64,000 nt of DNA from Podarcis liolepis (taxonomy: Eukaryota). The notes under the pieces are model-generated. The model did no database searches. It saw only the letters and a program-made list of their open reading frames with translations, and was not told the origin of the DNA. The translations under genes were made by a program, and so were the position numbers. Below, piece after piece: positions 12,101 to 22,100 of the stretch (the first letter of the stretch is position 1; each line of letters starts with the position of its first letter). Where the stretch lies: the NCBI GenBank assembly GCA_965112155.1, contig OZ218103.1; one strand, written 5' to 3'.

Positions 12101-15100
12101 AAGCAACTACACAAAATTTGATGATTGGTACCTCTGGGTTCAGATGTATAAAGGAACAGTCTCAATGCCTGTTTTTCAGTCCCTTGAAGCCTACTGGCCT
12201 GGCTTGCAGGTAAGGGCTGATGAAGGACAGCAGTGTTTTAACTCAGGGATCGCTAAAGAACTTGTGGCTCTTCATATGTTGTTGGAAGCTGTGGTCAAGC
12301 AATACTTGGTGGCCACAGGTTCCACCCCTCTTTTAATTGCTTGTGTTCTTTGTAATTCCATTTCTACAGTAAAACTGAGAACCTGCATCAGAGTAGGCTG
12401 CCAATGCAGTATAACATGAATCCAGTCTTTTTGCCTGTGTTGGATAATCCTGTACTTAAATCAGAAGTGTTAAAGCGGATGAGGACAAATATCTGCACTG
12501 AGAAAACCAGCTGTGGCTTTTTCTTGCCAAGAAAACAGTTAGCAATAATCCACTTTTCGTTGTCTCTCTGATCCCGTGTGAACTGGAATTCCGCTGAGAA
12601 TCTGACAAAGGCTGTTTTAGTATCCAGGAATGAAAATGAACGATTTCTTAAAACAGAGTAGCCCTATTAAACTTGAACATGTTATTTCTAGTAGATTTCT
12701 TTCCAGACTTAAGAAAAAAACACCTGGTTGCCACTGAGGTGTCCGTCCTATGGTTATTTTATATCCCAAGTCTTCTTACAGACACCATTTCAGTACATAG
12801 TTGATTGTGCTATTACGGTTCTTCCCCCCTTTCCTTTTTTAAAGCAGATTAAGTACTATTTGAGGGTTCTAGTTGTACACTGTGCTTGGTTTGATTATGT
12901 CTGCTATGCTCTATACTTTCTGTTACCTCACTGGGTTTTTTTCTGGTTTTGTTCTTCCTCCCAGAGCCTCATTGGAGACATAGATAGTGCAATGCGAACA
13001 TTCCTCAATTATTACACTGTTTGGAAGCAGTTTGGTGGGTTGCCTGAGTTCTACAATATTCCCCAGGGTTATACAGTAGAAAAGCGTGAAGGGTATCCAC
13101 TTAGACCTGGTAAATGAGAAATAAGTATTTTGTATGTGACATCTTTCATTTGTTGTTTACAAGGCATATAAATACTGCAGGTGTATGTTTAAATAAAATA
13201 ATTTATATACTGCTTAACTACAGCAATCTCCAAGCAGTTTACAAGGATGAAATACTGAATGTAAATATTGGTTAGAACCATAAAATCAAAATCCAGTTAA
13301 AATGCCTGCTGGAACAACAATAAATAAATGTCTTCAGTAGGCGCTGGAAGTTCAGCAAGGAGGGAGCCTTCGTGACATTCCTCCTACGGGTGCAGCAATA
13401 AAACTGCTAGCGCTTTTGCAAAACTAAGCATGGTTTCAAAGCAGATGAGGAGACTGTGTGTTAAGATTCCTGCCTTACAGGTGGTTGGAGATGACCCTCA
13501 GGACCCCTTCCAATTCTATGATTCCATTATGTCATCTGGAAGCAAGTGCCATAAAACTGGGCCCACAATACTAAACACAACGGCTCCTGGTGAATATAAG
13601 CCATGTATTCAAGCCACGGGGGACCACTAACAGTAACTCCCCCAAAGACCTCAGTAATTAAGAAGAGATACAAAGGATTAGGCAGGTACCCTGGACCCAA
13701 ATTGTTAAGGGCCTTGTAAAGTTATATAAAAACCTTGAGCATGGCTTAGTAGCGTATGGGCAGTCAGTGTAAACTTTTGAGCACTGCAGTTATGTGCTGG
13801 CGGTAATCTGCCCCCATCAACAGTCTAGCCCACAGCATTTTGCATCAGCTGGCACCTCTGGACCAGGCCCAAATGCAGCCCCACATAGAACTTGAGGTTA
13901 CTAATGCATGGATCACCGTCCAGTAATGGCCATAGTCAGCATACCAGCTGAAGCTAGTGAAAGGCACTCCTCATCACCAAGGCCTCCTTAGCCTCCAGCA
14001 ACAAAGATAGATACAGAAGTCCAAGCTTCTTCTTTCAGAGGGAGCAAAACTCCACCCAGAACAGACAATTGTCCAATCGCCCAAAACACATGAACCACCA
14101 TCCCAAAGGGCTTCCGTCCTTCTACAGTTCATGCTTAGTTTACTGGTCCTTGTCCAGATCACCCCTCCACCTAGGCAAGTGTTTAGATCATACATAGCAT
14201 CCCCTGACTCAATGTTATGGAGAAGTAGAGCTGTGTGTTGATAGCCTATTGATGACCCTTAGCCCCAAATCTCCTAAAGACCACACACAGTGACGTCATA
14301 TAGATATTGAACTAGATGGTTTAAGACTTTAGCTTGTACCTTGTGGCTTCCTTTTGGATGATCTCCAAGTTGCTTTGTGGTTTGCCTTGGTTATAGATAA
14401 ATCTATAGATCATTAACATTTCAGTCTAAATGGCTCCTGAACCTCTTTCTGTTAAAAATAGGGTTCCAAATGCATATTGTTCTCTGGTGTTGCCTAAGGC
14501 AGCAGCTTTGAACAGCAAGCTACCTCTTAATGCAGAATAAAATGAGTTCCAAACTACATGGCATGATGGGGGGGGGGAGTTTTAAGGAAAACTGATTCTT
14601 TTGTCCCTCATTCAATAATAGATGACCTCTGTTTTGAACTATTGTGTGTTCTGAATCTTTGGGAAACTGTGCAGGTGTTTGCTGTGTAATGAATAAATGC
14701 ATGTGTATGCAATGATGTAACTTAAGGGGTGGGATTCACCTCATCAGTTGAAACCCTGTGCAGTGGGGCTTCCCCTCTCTCCTTCATGTGCCTCCTGAAA
14801 TTGGCTCGGGGGTTGAAGAGAACCCCCCCCCCCCAAGTACAGCACGGGGGAGGAGAGATGATTCCATCTGGAAAGCTCATAATCTTGTGCATACAGAATA
14901 TTTGCAATAGTGCAACCTTGATTTCCACCCAAGCTTTTTCTTTTTTGTATTTTTGCAGAACTGATAGAGAGTGCAATGTACCTATATCGTGCTACCCAAG
15001 ATCCCACCCTTTTGGAACTGGGCAGAGATGTTATAGAGTCAATAGAGAAAATCAGCAAGGTTGAGTGTGGCTTTGCAACAGTTAAGTATTTCTCCTGAAC

Positions 15101-15881
15101 TCTCTTCCCCTGCCCCTTCCTTTTTAGTAATGGGCTAGAGTGTCCCTCTCAAGCATCCTTTTCTCTCTAACAAAAGTTAACCTAACAGAATGTGTCGTCT
15201 TGGTTGGTGTGTGTGTGTTTTATTCTGTGGCACAAATATGGTACTGATTCTAAGTTCTGCTTATTTCAACAGTATACTTGAACTCCTGATTCGTGCCACT
15301 GTATATTTCTCCAGAATGTTGCTGAAACAATTGTTTCAGCATATGCAGTGTAACCACTTTTCCCTCCATTTATTTTAAAGATCAAAGACCTGCGAGATCA
15401 CAAACTAGATAACCGCATGGAGTCCTTCTTCCTGGCTGAAACAGTGAAATATTTGTATCTACTGTTTGATCCTGACAACTTCATCCATAACAATGGGTCA
15501 TCCTTTGACATCGTACTGACACCCTATGGAGAATGTGTTCTTGGTGCTGGTGGATACATCTTCAATACTGAAGCTCATCCTATAGACCCTGCTGCACTGC
15601 ACTGTTGCAGGAAACAAAAGGAAGAGCAGTGGGAGGTAGAAGATCTAGTGAGAGAGTTCTATTCTCTGAAAAGAAGCAAGAAGTTCACTTTGACAAGAAC
15701 TTCTGGTGGAAAAGAAGCAGAGACGCACAAAGACTCTGCAGATACTTCTTCAGAAGGCCGCAAAGAGCAAATGAACACTAAACAGAAAGAGAAAAGGAAA
15801 ATCCCACTCCTGAGCTGCCCTAGCCAACCTTTTAACTCCAAACTGGCTGTTCTAGGGCAGGTCTTCTTAGACAATACTTGA
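2769..15881 (+). CDS. EDEM2: ER degradation-enhancing alpha-mannosidase-like protein 2 (GH47), complete 11-exon CDS, 1746 nt / 581 aa
   Basis: Spliced translation gives a signal peptide then [99 protein letters not shown] and C-terminal LLSCPSQPF. All introns GT-AG, phases consistent. Confidence 0.97.
3860..3970 (+). CDS. EDEM2: EDEM2 exon 2
   Basis: [40 protein letters not shown] flanks. Confidence 0.95.
4320..4590 (+). mobile_element. degenerate CR1 fragment
   Basis: TGTTTAGCCT...AAAGACTGAGG...ATACCTGAAG...GGACAACCATCT, similar to the other CR1 copies. Confidence 0.55.
4710..4749 (+). CDS. EDEM2: EDEM2 exon 3
   Basis: [14 protein letters not shown], donor GTAAGT. Confidence 0.95.
4914..4949. 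repeat. 18-bp tandem duplication CCAAGCACAAAATGGATT x2
   Basis: direct reading. Confidence 0.8.
5240..5390 (-). mobile_element. tRNA-derived SINE 3' part (same family as 11287-11592)
   Basis: Reverse complement of the GTAGACAATACTGAG...GGACCAG...TCTGACTC...ATAAAGCAG tail. Confidence 0.5.
5617..5722 (+). CDS. EDEM2: EDEM2 exon 4
   Basis: [35 protein letters not shown], includes the GH47 catalytic Glu motif. Confidence 0.95.
7040..7960 (+). mobile_element. degenerate L2 LINE RT fragment
   Basis: Remnant peptides [11 protein letters not shown] and [17 protein letters not shown]. Confidence 0.65.
8026..8151 (+). CDS. EDEM2: EDEM2 exon 5
   Basis: [42 protein letters not shown]. Confidence 0.95.
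8342..8477. mobile_element. hAT-type palindromic MITE
   Basis: About 55-bp terminal inverted arms; 8-bp TSD TCCTAATG / CCCTAATG. Confidence 0.75.
8607..8959 (+). mobile_element. Sauria SINE, full length
   Basis: GGGACGCGGGTGGCGCTG head, GTGCAAGTAGATAAATAGGTACC core, (ACCTTT)n tail; TSD AGTGGATAATGT at 8595-8606 and 8960-8971. Confidence 0.9.
9726..9937 (+). CDS. EDEM2: EDEM2 exon 6
   Basis: [35 protein letters not shown]...RSDIGL. Confidence 0.95.
10448..10520 (-). repeat. 5S rRNA-derived fragment (pseudogene or SINE3-like head)
   Basis: 10448-10487 reverse complement aligns ungapped, 29/40 by hand, to the vertebrate 5S A-box to C-box region as I recall it. Confidence 0.5.
11132..11273 (+). 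CDS. EDEM2: EDEM2 exon 7
   Basis: [47 protein letters not shown]. Confidence 0.95.
11287..11592 (+). mobile_element. two adjacent tRNA-derived SINE copies
   Basis: Two heads (GGGCCATAGC.. and GGGCTGTAGCTCAG..), each with TTTGCATG..AGGTCCC; tail ACTGAGCTAGATGG...TCTGACTCAG..TAAGGCAG. Confidence 0.55.
12085..12209 (+). CDS. EDEM2: EDEM2 exon 8
   Basis: [41 protein letters not shown]. Confidence 0.95.
12965..13109 (+). CDS. EDEM2: EDEM2 exon 9
   Basis: [48 protein letters not shown]. Confidence 0.95.
13190..14310 (-). mobile_element. degenerate L2 LINE (with a small CR1 tail inserted near 13460-13530)
   Basis: Minus remnants [10 protein letters not shown] (decayed YADD) and QRCQLMQNA. Confidence 0.55.
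14959..15080 (+). CDS. EDEM2: EDEM2 exon 10
   Basis: [41 protein letters not shown], donor ACA|GTTAAGTAT. Confidence 0.93.
15381..15881 (+). CDS. EDEM2: EDEM2 exon 11 (last coding)
   Basis: [31 protein letters not shown]...[12 protein letters not shown] at 15879-15881. Confidence 0.95.
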   Translation: MKDLRDHKLDNRMESFFLAETVKYLYLLFDPDNFIHNNGSSFDIVLTPYGECVLGAGGYIFNTEAHPIDPAALHCCRKQKEEQWEVEDLVREFYSLKRSKKFTLTRTSGGKEAETHKDSADTSSEGRKEQMNTKQKEKRKIPLLSCPSQPFNSKLAVLGQVFLDNT

Positions 15882-15913
15882 TTCCTTTGCTCTGATTCAG
15901 AGTTGTTGAATTC

Positions 15914-15919
15914 AATAAA
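15914..15919 (+). terminator. candidate EDEM2 polyadenylation signal (second candidate at 16438-16443)
   Basis: AATAAA 32 nt after the stop, followed by U/GU-rich sequence. Confidence 0.6.
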
Positions 15920-16514
15920 TATGTATTTTATTTGCACTTTTCTGTTGCTGTTTCCTTAGAGGGATATCTATCCTTAGGGACATATCTTCAAACAGGAGTA
16001 AATTGTGTTTTGGCATACATCCACTTTGGAAAGCAGAAGTATTTTGAGAACAACAAAAAGCAATTGTATGACACTTAGTATAGCTTTAGTTCCCAGATTG
16101 TGCCAGCCCCCTGCATGCCTTGTTTGTTAATTTTTCTCTATCTCTCTATCTCTCTTTCAGAGAGTGTTCATACTCTTTAACCACAGGCAGCACGGCAAGT
16201 TTGATCTGATATTAAATAGTCATGTTGGCCTCATGCAAAAAGAAATATGGCAAGCAAGTTTTTGAACTGCATAATCTTTAGGCAAATGTGTTTAGAATAC
16301 AAAAATAGGTTACATGCTCAGGGTGTGGGTGCCTGGATGCAACACCATTACCTGGATGAGACTCGTTCAAGTAATGTACAATTTAAACAGCTGCACCTAA
16401 ATAAGGTATAGTTTGAAAACTTGCCACACACTGTGCCAATAAAATGTTGTCTTGGTCTGTAGTCAACAAGATGTTTGTTTACAGCATGGTGACAGGGTGG
16501 ATCTTGCAGATACG

Positions 16515-16740
16515 GTGTACTGCGGTAGCTCTGTCCTGCAAAGTACCCAGTTCAGATTTCACTCTTGCCAAGAGTTTCCTACATAGCCCTTAGTCAAACA
16601 GCTGTGCAGTCACACTTTGCCTGCTGTCTGCAAGGTGGAGATAACATACAGTACTAACCTACAGAGTTGCCATAAAGATTGCTGAGATAATTATGCTGAG
16701 TGCTTTGAATTCTGACATCCTGTATACATGTTAAGTTGAT
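16515..16740 (+). mobile_element. old MIR/CORE-like SINE
   Basis: TCTGCAAGGTGGAGATAA...ACTAACCTACAGAGTTG...GTGCTTTGAA pattern. Confidence 0.4.
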
Positions 16741-17869
16741 AGCTGTGAGAATAGATGGATTCACACATTTCTATCATGGACATTAAAGAGAAGGGTGATT
16801 ATTTGTAGTCTTGGGGCTTTCCAATTGGGACACGATGGTGGCTTCTGATTTGTATGTGGTTGTTCTGGCAAAGACATCTATCTTACTCTATAGCTGGGAG
16901 TACTTTTTGTATAAAGCAGGGTTTTTTTAAAGGGGATTTAAAGGTATATAATGCAGCTTCCATTTTAAGATGCATTGCTTTTCTTTGTTTAGAGAGAAGC
17001 AAACCATGAGTGTTGGCTTGCAAGTAACAAGAAGTCAACCTTTGTTCCCCAGTGTGGCAACAGCAAAACTGAAAAATAAATGAAGCAAGCAAAAAGAAAA
17101 GGGGAAGAAACCTCTTGCAGGCAGAGACTTGTGTTTCTATTTTTATATGCTATACATATGGGGTACTTTTTATAAATAATAAATGACGATAAGTGAGCTA
17201 GTAGGAAGGCTGTAAATCCTGGAACACGTAGAGATGGGACTGGTATAAGTTTCATGTTGGCAATTTCTAGGATTTCTGCCAGATTTTAAACAGACAGTTT
17301 GTCTGAAAGGAGCAGAAAAGCTCCCATTTTGTGATTATGGGTCAGCATAATTGCATAGAAGCGACTTGCATTTACTTTTTCTTTCCACTTATATATTCTC
17401 ATGTCCCATTTAAGGACAAAACCCTGTGATTTCACCTTGGCCAACCTCCCAGGTTCGTTTTACTATTTACCCTGTTGAACTTATGGAGAGGAACTTGAAA
17501 GGTTGTACGCTACTTTGTTCCAAGTTGGTTGGCCTGATTAAGGTACTGTGCTTCTATGGATTATAGAATATTTCTTGTGGGCCGATATAGCGTCCCGAAA
17601 CTTTTGTGTTCACAGGGTTGCTTAGAAAATGCACGTGAAGTGCTTCAAATATTCTAACATGCAGTAGTAATATAATTATTACTAATTATTAGTAGTGATA
17701 CTGTAATTATTACCTTATTATATTATATATGCACATAATATGCTGGTGCCGATTATAAAAAAGTAGTTGTTAGTAATATTTCGTACACAACTATAGCTTA
17801 ATTGAAGAAAGGCTTTACATGTAGCTATCTAACAAAGCAAAATGGGGGGGGGGGGGCATTTAAAAAGAA

Positions 17870-19100
17870 CCTCACGTGCCTTTGTGTCTGCGGAAAGCGT
17901 CGCACAAAATACCGGAAGTCCTGGCTTTGACTGAAGGGAGAAGGAGATGACAGCTTCGCCTCTCCGCTTCTTACGTGCTTCCCTCACAGGCATCCCTTTC
18001 TGCGAGTTAAGCTGCTCGCACTTTACGGCCAAAGACTACGTTTCCCATCAGCTCCTGGGGAGTGGGGGAAACGGAAAGAGGCAGGCGCGTACTCCTCTCC
18101 CCACCAATCAGGAGGCGGCTGGCTGTGCGCGCGGCCGGGCCAGCTGGGGTCGCTGCGGAGCAGCCCGGGAGACGTTCCGTTCAAAGCGCCTGAGAGGAGG
18201 GGCGCTTCCTGTTTAGCCAGAGGCAGGAGCGGCTATGGCGGCGGCGGCGGCGGCGAAAGGAGCAGGAGCGGTGCCCCCGCTCGCGGCAGCGGGCTCGGAT
18301 CCCGGACCGCCGGGGCGGACGGGAGCCTGCCGAAGGCCGGCCAACATCCTGGCCCAGCTCCGGCAGGCGCAGCTCAGTGGCCGGGGCCTGTCGCGGGGGC
18401 CGCAGGTACCGCGGGGCTGAGGCGGGCTTTGTGGGAAGGCCGAGGCTGAGGCGACGCCGACACGCCACCTCCCTCAGAAGAGGCTCCGCTCGGGAGACGG
18501 GGCGGCGGCGGCGGCGGGAGGGACGAGGCGGGGAGCGAGGCCGCGGCCGAGCCACGTCCCATTCTAGCCTATCCTTTTGCAGCTCACTCTGGGGTAGGAA
18601 GTGGGGGGCGGTTTTCGCCCCTGTCCCTCGCGTGTGATGCCGCCCCTTTGTCTCTCCCCATCCCCATACCCGCATCCAGAAGGCGGCCCTTCTTGGCACC
18701 CGTTAAGGCGAGCTCGGGCAATTTTATCCTATCTCCCCCACCCTCGGAAATATGGGAGTCAGAGGCTTTCTGCCGCTCGTCTTTCTGGGCTCCCAGGGAA
18801 TCCTGGAGTTTCTGCTGCGAGGCCTGCTTGGCTTCCTGGTCTGCAACTCTCAACGGCTTTTCTGTTAATAAGGCCATTGCCTCTGGCATTTGCTGAAGTC
18901 CGGTACCTTTCCCCCAGTAGCATGCAATCCAGTTTACTTCGTTGGAAAGGTGTCGTCTTTCCTTGCTCGCCGGAGTTTTTTGCGCGCGCACGGGCGTCTT
19001 GCACAGTCCCATGGCAGGGTATGACTCCCAAGCTGGAGTCAATTGGCAGAATATAAGAGCACCGTCACCGTGTTCTCCATCGCTGAGTCAACGTGTGGCA
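17870..19100 (+). promoter_or_regulatory. CpG-island promoter of TRPC4AP
   Basis: CpG-rich; E-box CACGTG near 17873, ETS ACCGGAAGT 17911-17919, ZNF143/THAP11-like GACTACGTTTCCCA near 18034, CCAAT near 18104. Confidence 0.75.
18235..18405 (+). CDS. TRPC4AP: TRPC4AP exon 1
   Basis: MAAAAAAKGAG...RPANILAQLRQAQLSGRGLSRGPQ, donor CAG|GTACC. Confidence 0.88.
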
Positions 19101-22100
19101 ATTTTGCTGTGTTCCGAGAGGCAATCTTAAAAGTGTGATCTTTATGTAGCAGACACAAAGTCTGGCAGTTGAATTATTCACCTCCTTTCCTCCATAACAG
19201 CTGCCACGTTTACGAGCATTAGGAAATAATAGTGTCCAAGGACACATATCAAATACGTTTTCTTTATTTAGTAGAACTTAAGCATTGCAGGGGGGAAAAG
19301 ACATATGAAGTTAATGCCATAAAAACCTGAAGTACCAACATTGCAAATCTAAAATGTTGATTATCGACACTGAGCTGTGAAACCCTAATTAAATCATAAT
19401 TACCTGAATAAGCAAGGCTAAAATTGGGCATCAGGCAAAAGTTGATATTGGCCTCTGAAATGGAAGAATGGGAGATGCTCAAAGGAATGGATATTTGTAC
19501 CCATTTTTGCCTTTGAGGGAGATAATTTTTTCTAACCTTTTTCATTTATTTGAAGACTACAGTCCACAAAATACCCAACTTCAATAAAGATCTATATTTT
19601 TGCTTTTATAAGTATCTTTGTTGTTGATTATGTTGTTCTCCCTTTCTTCTTTTTTCCTGTATCCCTTTATTTCTTTTGACTGAAATCACCTAAATAAAAC
19701 ATAAGTATTAAATTTAAAAAATGAAAGGATTCAATAAATCATGTCCTCAAAATACATTCATTTCAGCTTTGGCAATGGTTTTGATCAAACATAATTTACT
19801 GTCATCAAAGCATAATAATTTTAGTAGCATCTAAAACAACTACATCAAATACAAACAATTGCTATTTTAAAAAAGTATCTGGATAAGAATTACATGCACA
19901 TTATTAAAACCTAAATTTTACAGAGATGTGTTTGACTCATATTGGAGCGTACTAAAATTATCAATGTTAAAAATAGCATTTGCTGTGAACACAGCTTGCT
20001 TAACCAATACGTAAAGGTGGATTAATTAAGTCAGGCCAATCAAGGTTTTTTTTATATAATGGGAGACATAATGGTATCGGTTCAAGATAGGGAATGGGAA
20101 ATAGTGATCTACCATTCTGGTATGCAAGTCTGTCCTGTCTCTGAAGGGTGTTACAGAAATAGAAAGATGCCTTATATTCCCATTTCTGTAAGTTTAGTTG
20201 GATTGCATTGGTATAAGGAAAATCAGCCACATGGACTATTACTGTGTCCTGGAACCAGCCAAAATGAAAATATTTGCCAGAAATATATGTGAAGTTTTTT
20301 GAAGAAATATTCCTTTGTATGTGATACCTCACAATACACAATATAATTTAATGTTGCAATCCAGCACTGAGCTGGGTACACCGAAGCCTGCTGTTTTCAG
20401 TGATTTAAAGGAGTTTTAACACTGTTGGATTATGATCAAAATGCACAATGTAAATATTAAAAATTATATTCCTTCCTTTGAGGCAAGTTTCGAGCTGCCT
20501 AAAGTGATTTTTTTCTAACTTGAAAATAGAATTTACTTACCAGGGTAACCTAACTTGCTCAGTTCTTTTTTTGTCCTTCAGTGAAATATGTTGTGCCTAT
20601 CCTACTTAAGTCATTTCCTTTAGTCATTTCCCCTGAATACTAGAAGAGTTCTGGTTTGATGACTAGTGGAAAAGATGACATTGATCTTGTAAACTCCTAG
20701 TTGGGTTTCTTCGATGAGTTTTGAACCTTTGAATCTGTGCTGTTTGCTTGCCTATATTTCATGCTTGATCAGCATTTCTTTCTCTTTTGGCACAATAAAC
20801 TAAATTATATGGAAATTTACATCCAGAATTTTTAAAAACTCTTCTCTGAAAATGGTGGAGCCAGAAGCTTTGTTAAGTGTGAATGCTGAATTTAAAATAC
20901 TGTTTTGTTCTGCTCACAGGGACTTCTTAAAATAGATGTCCCTGTGAGTTGGGGGGTGGGGAAGCTGCAATGGCCCAAAGTTACCTATCTCTGCTGCAAC
21001 ACCTTAGCATGGAGTTGCTAGTCAAAACTTTTTGTGTAGAAGGTTCTTGTCACTGCTTTGTTGCAAGATTGGGAATGAAAAGAGAATTTGAAGCATTGAT
21101 TCTTTTCCACGGTAATGGAATCTGCATTTCAATAGCATTTTCATGGGGAGGGGAGAATTCATCACTGTGTCATGCACATTGCATTTTCTGCATGGGCATC
21201 ATCACTACTGCACGTTACAATCACACACATCTTTTCTGGTGCCAGTGTTCACAGTACAGAAACTGTGATTTTCCAGCTCAGGTATGCATAACAAAAGATA
21301 CTTGTAAATCTAGTTTGTTTGTTTTTCTTATAGTGAAAGTTACCGTATTTTTTGCACCATAACACTCACTTTTTTCCTCCTAGAAAGTAAGGGGAAATGT
21401 CTGTTCGTGTTATGGAGGAAATGCCTATGGGTGGCATGCCTACGGATTTTCCTCCTCTAAAAACTATGTGCGTGTTATGGTCGGGTGCATGTTATAGAGC
21501 GAAAAATACGGTATATCTGTGAAGAAAAATCATAATGTGAGGAGTCCTTATATCTGAAAAGAGTTGTGATGTTAATCCTGTCTAGAACCTGACAAAACTG
21601 ATGGCACACATAAGCTGCCCACTTGGCCAACATCTAAATGATGTCTGTCTGTTTGCACAATGGGATTTCTAGTTTCTCTTCTCTCCCCCTAAAATCTGCT
21701 GAATGGTCCCTGAATTCCCCCAGAGCAGATTTGGGGGTTGTGTTTTGGGGGTCCATGAGGAGGAAATGAAGGGAAAGCCACATTGTGTAAGCAGGCACCT
21801 GCTTCCGCTAAATTAGATCTCACATCTTGACAAGCAACCCTACTTAGAAAATTTATTTTAACCCTTCAGTGGTTATTGAAAATCTAGAGTATTTTAAGTG
21901 TAATAAGGCTTCCTAATTTTGATAAAATAAGGGAAGGAAGATGAGGATAACACACTTGTGGGGAACTAGAGTAAGTTATATTTTGGATATTGAAAATGCA
22001 GGATAATTTACAAAATATTAGTTTATGAGCCAAAAATAATACAGAATGAAACGACAGTATCCCATCAGTGCAAGGATTGATCCTTGCACGACTGGACTTT

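Noticed and set aside
18181-19130. Cluster of overlapping Arg/Pro/Gly-rich ORFs on both strands
   Set aside because: Expected from low stop-codon density in the CpG island; only 18235-18405 fits TRPC4AP.
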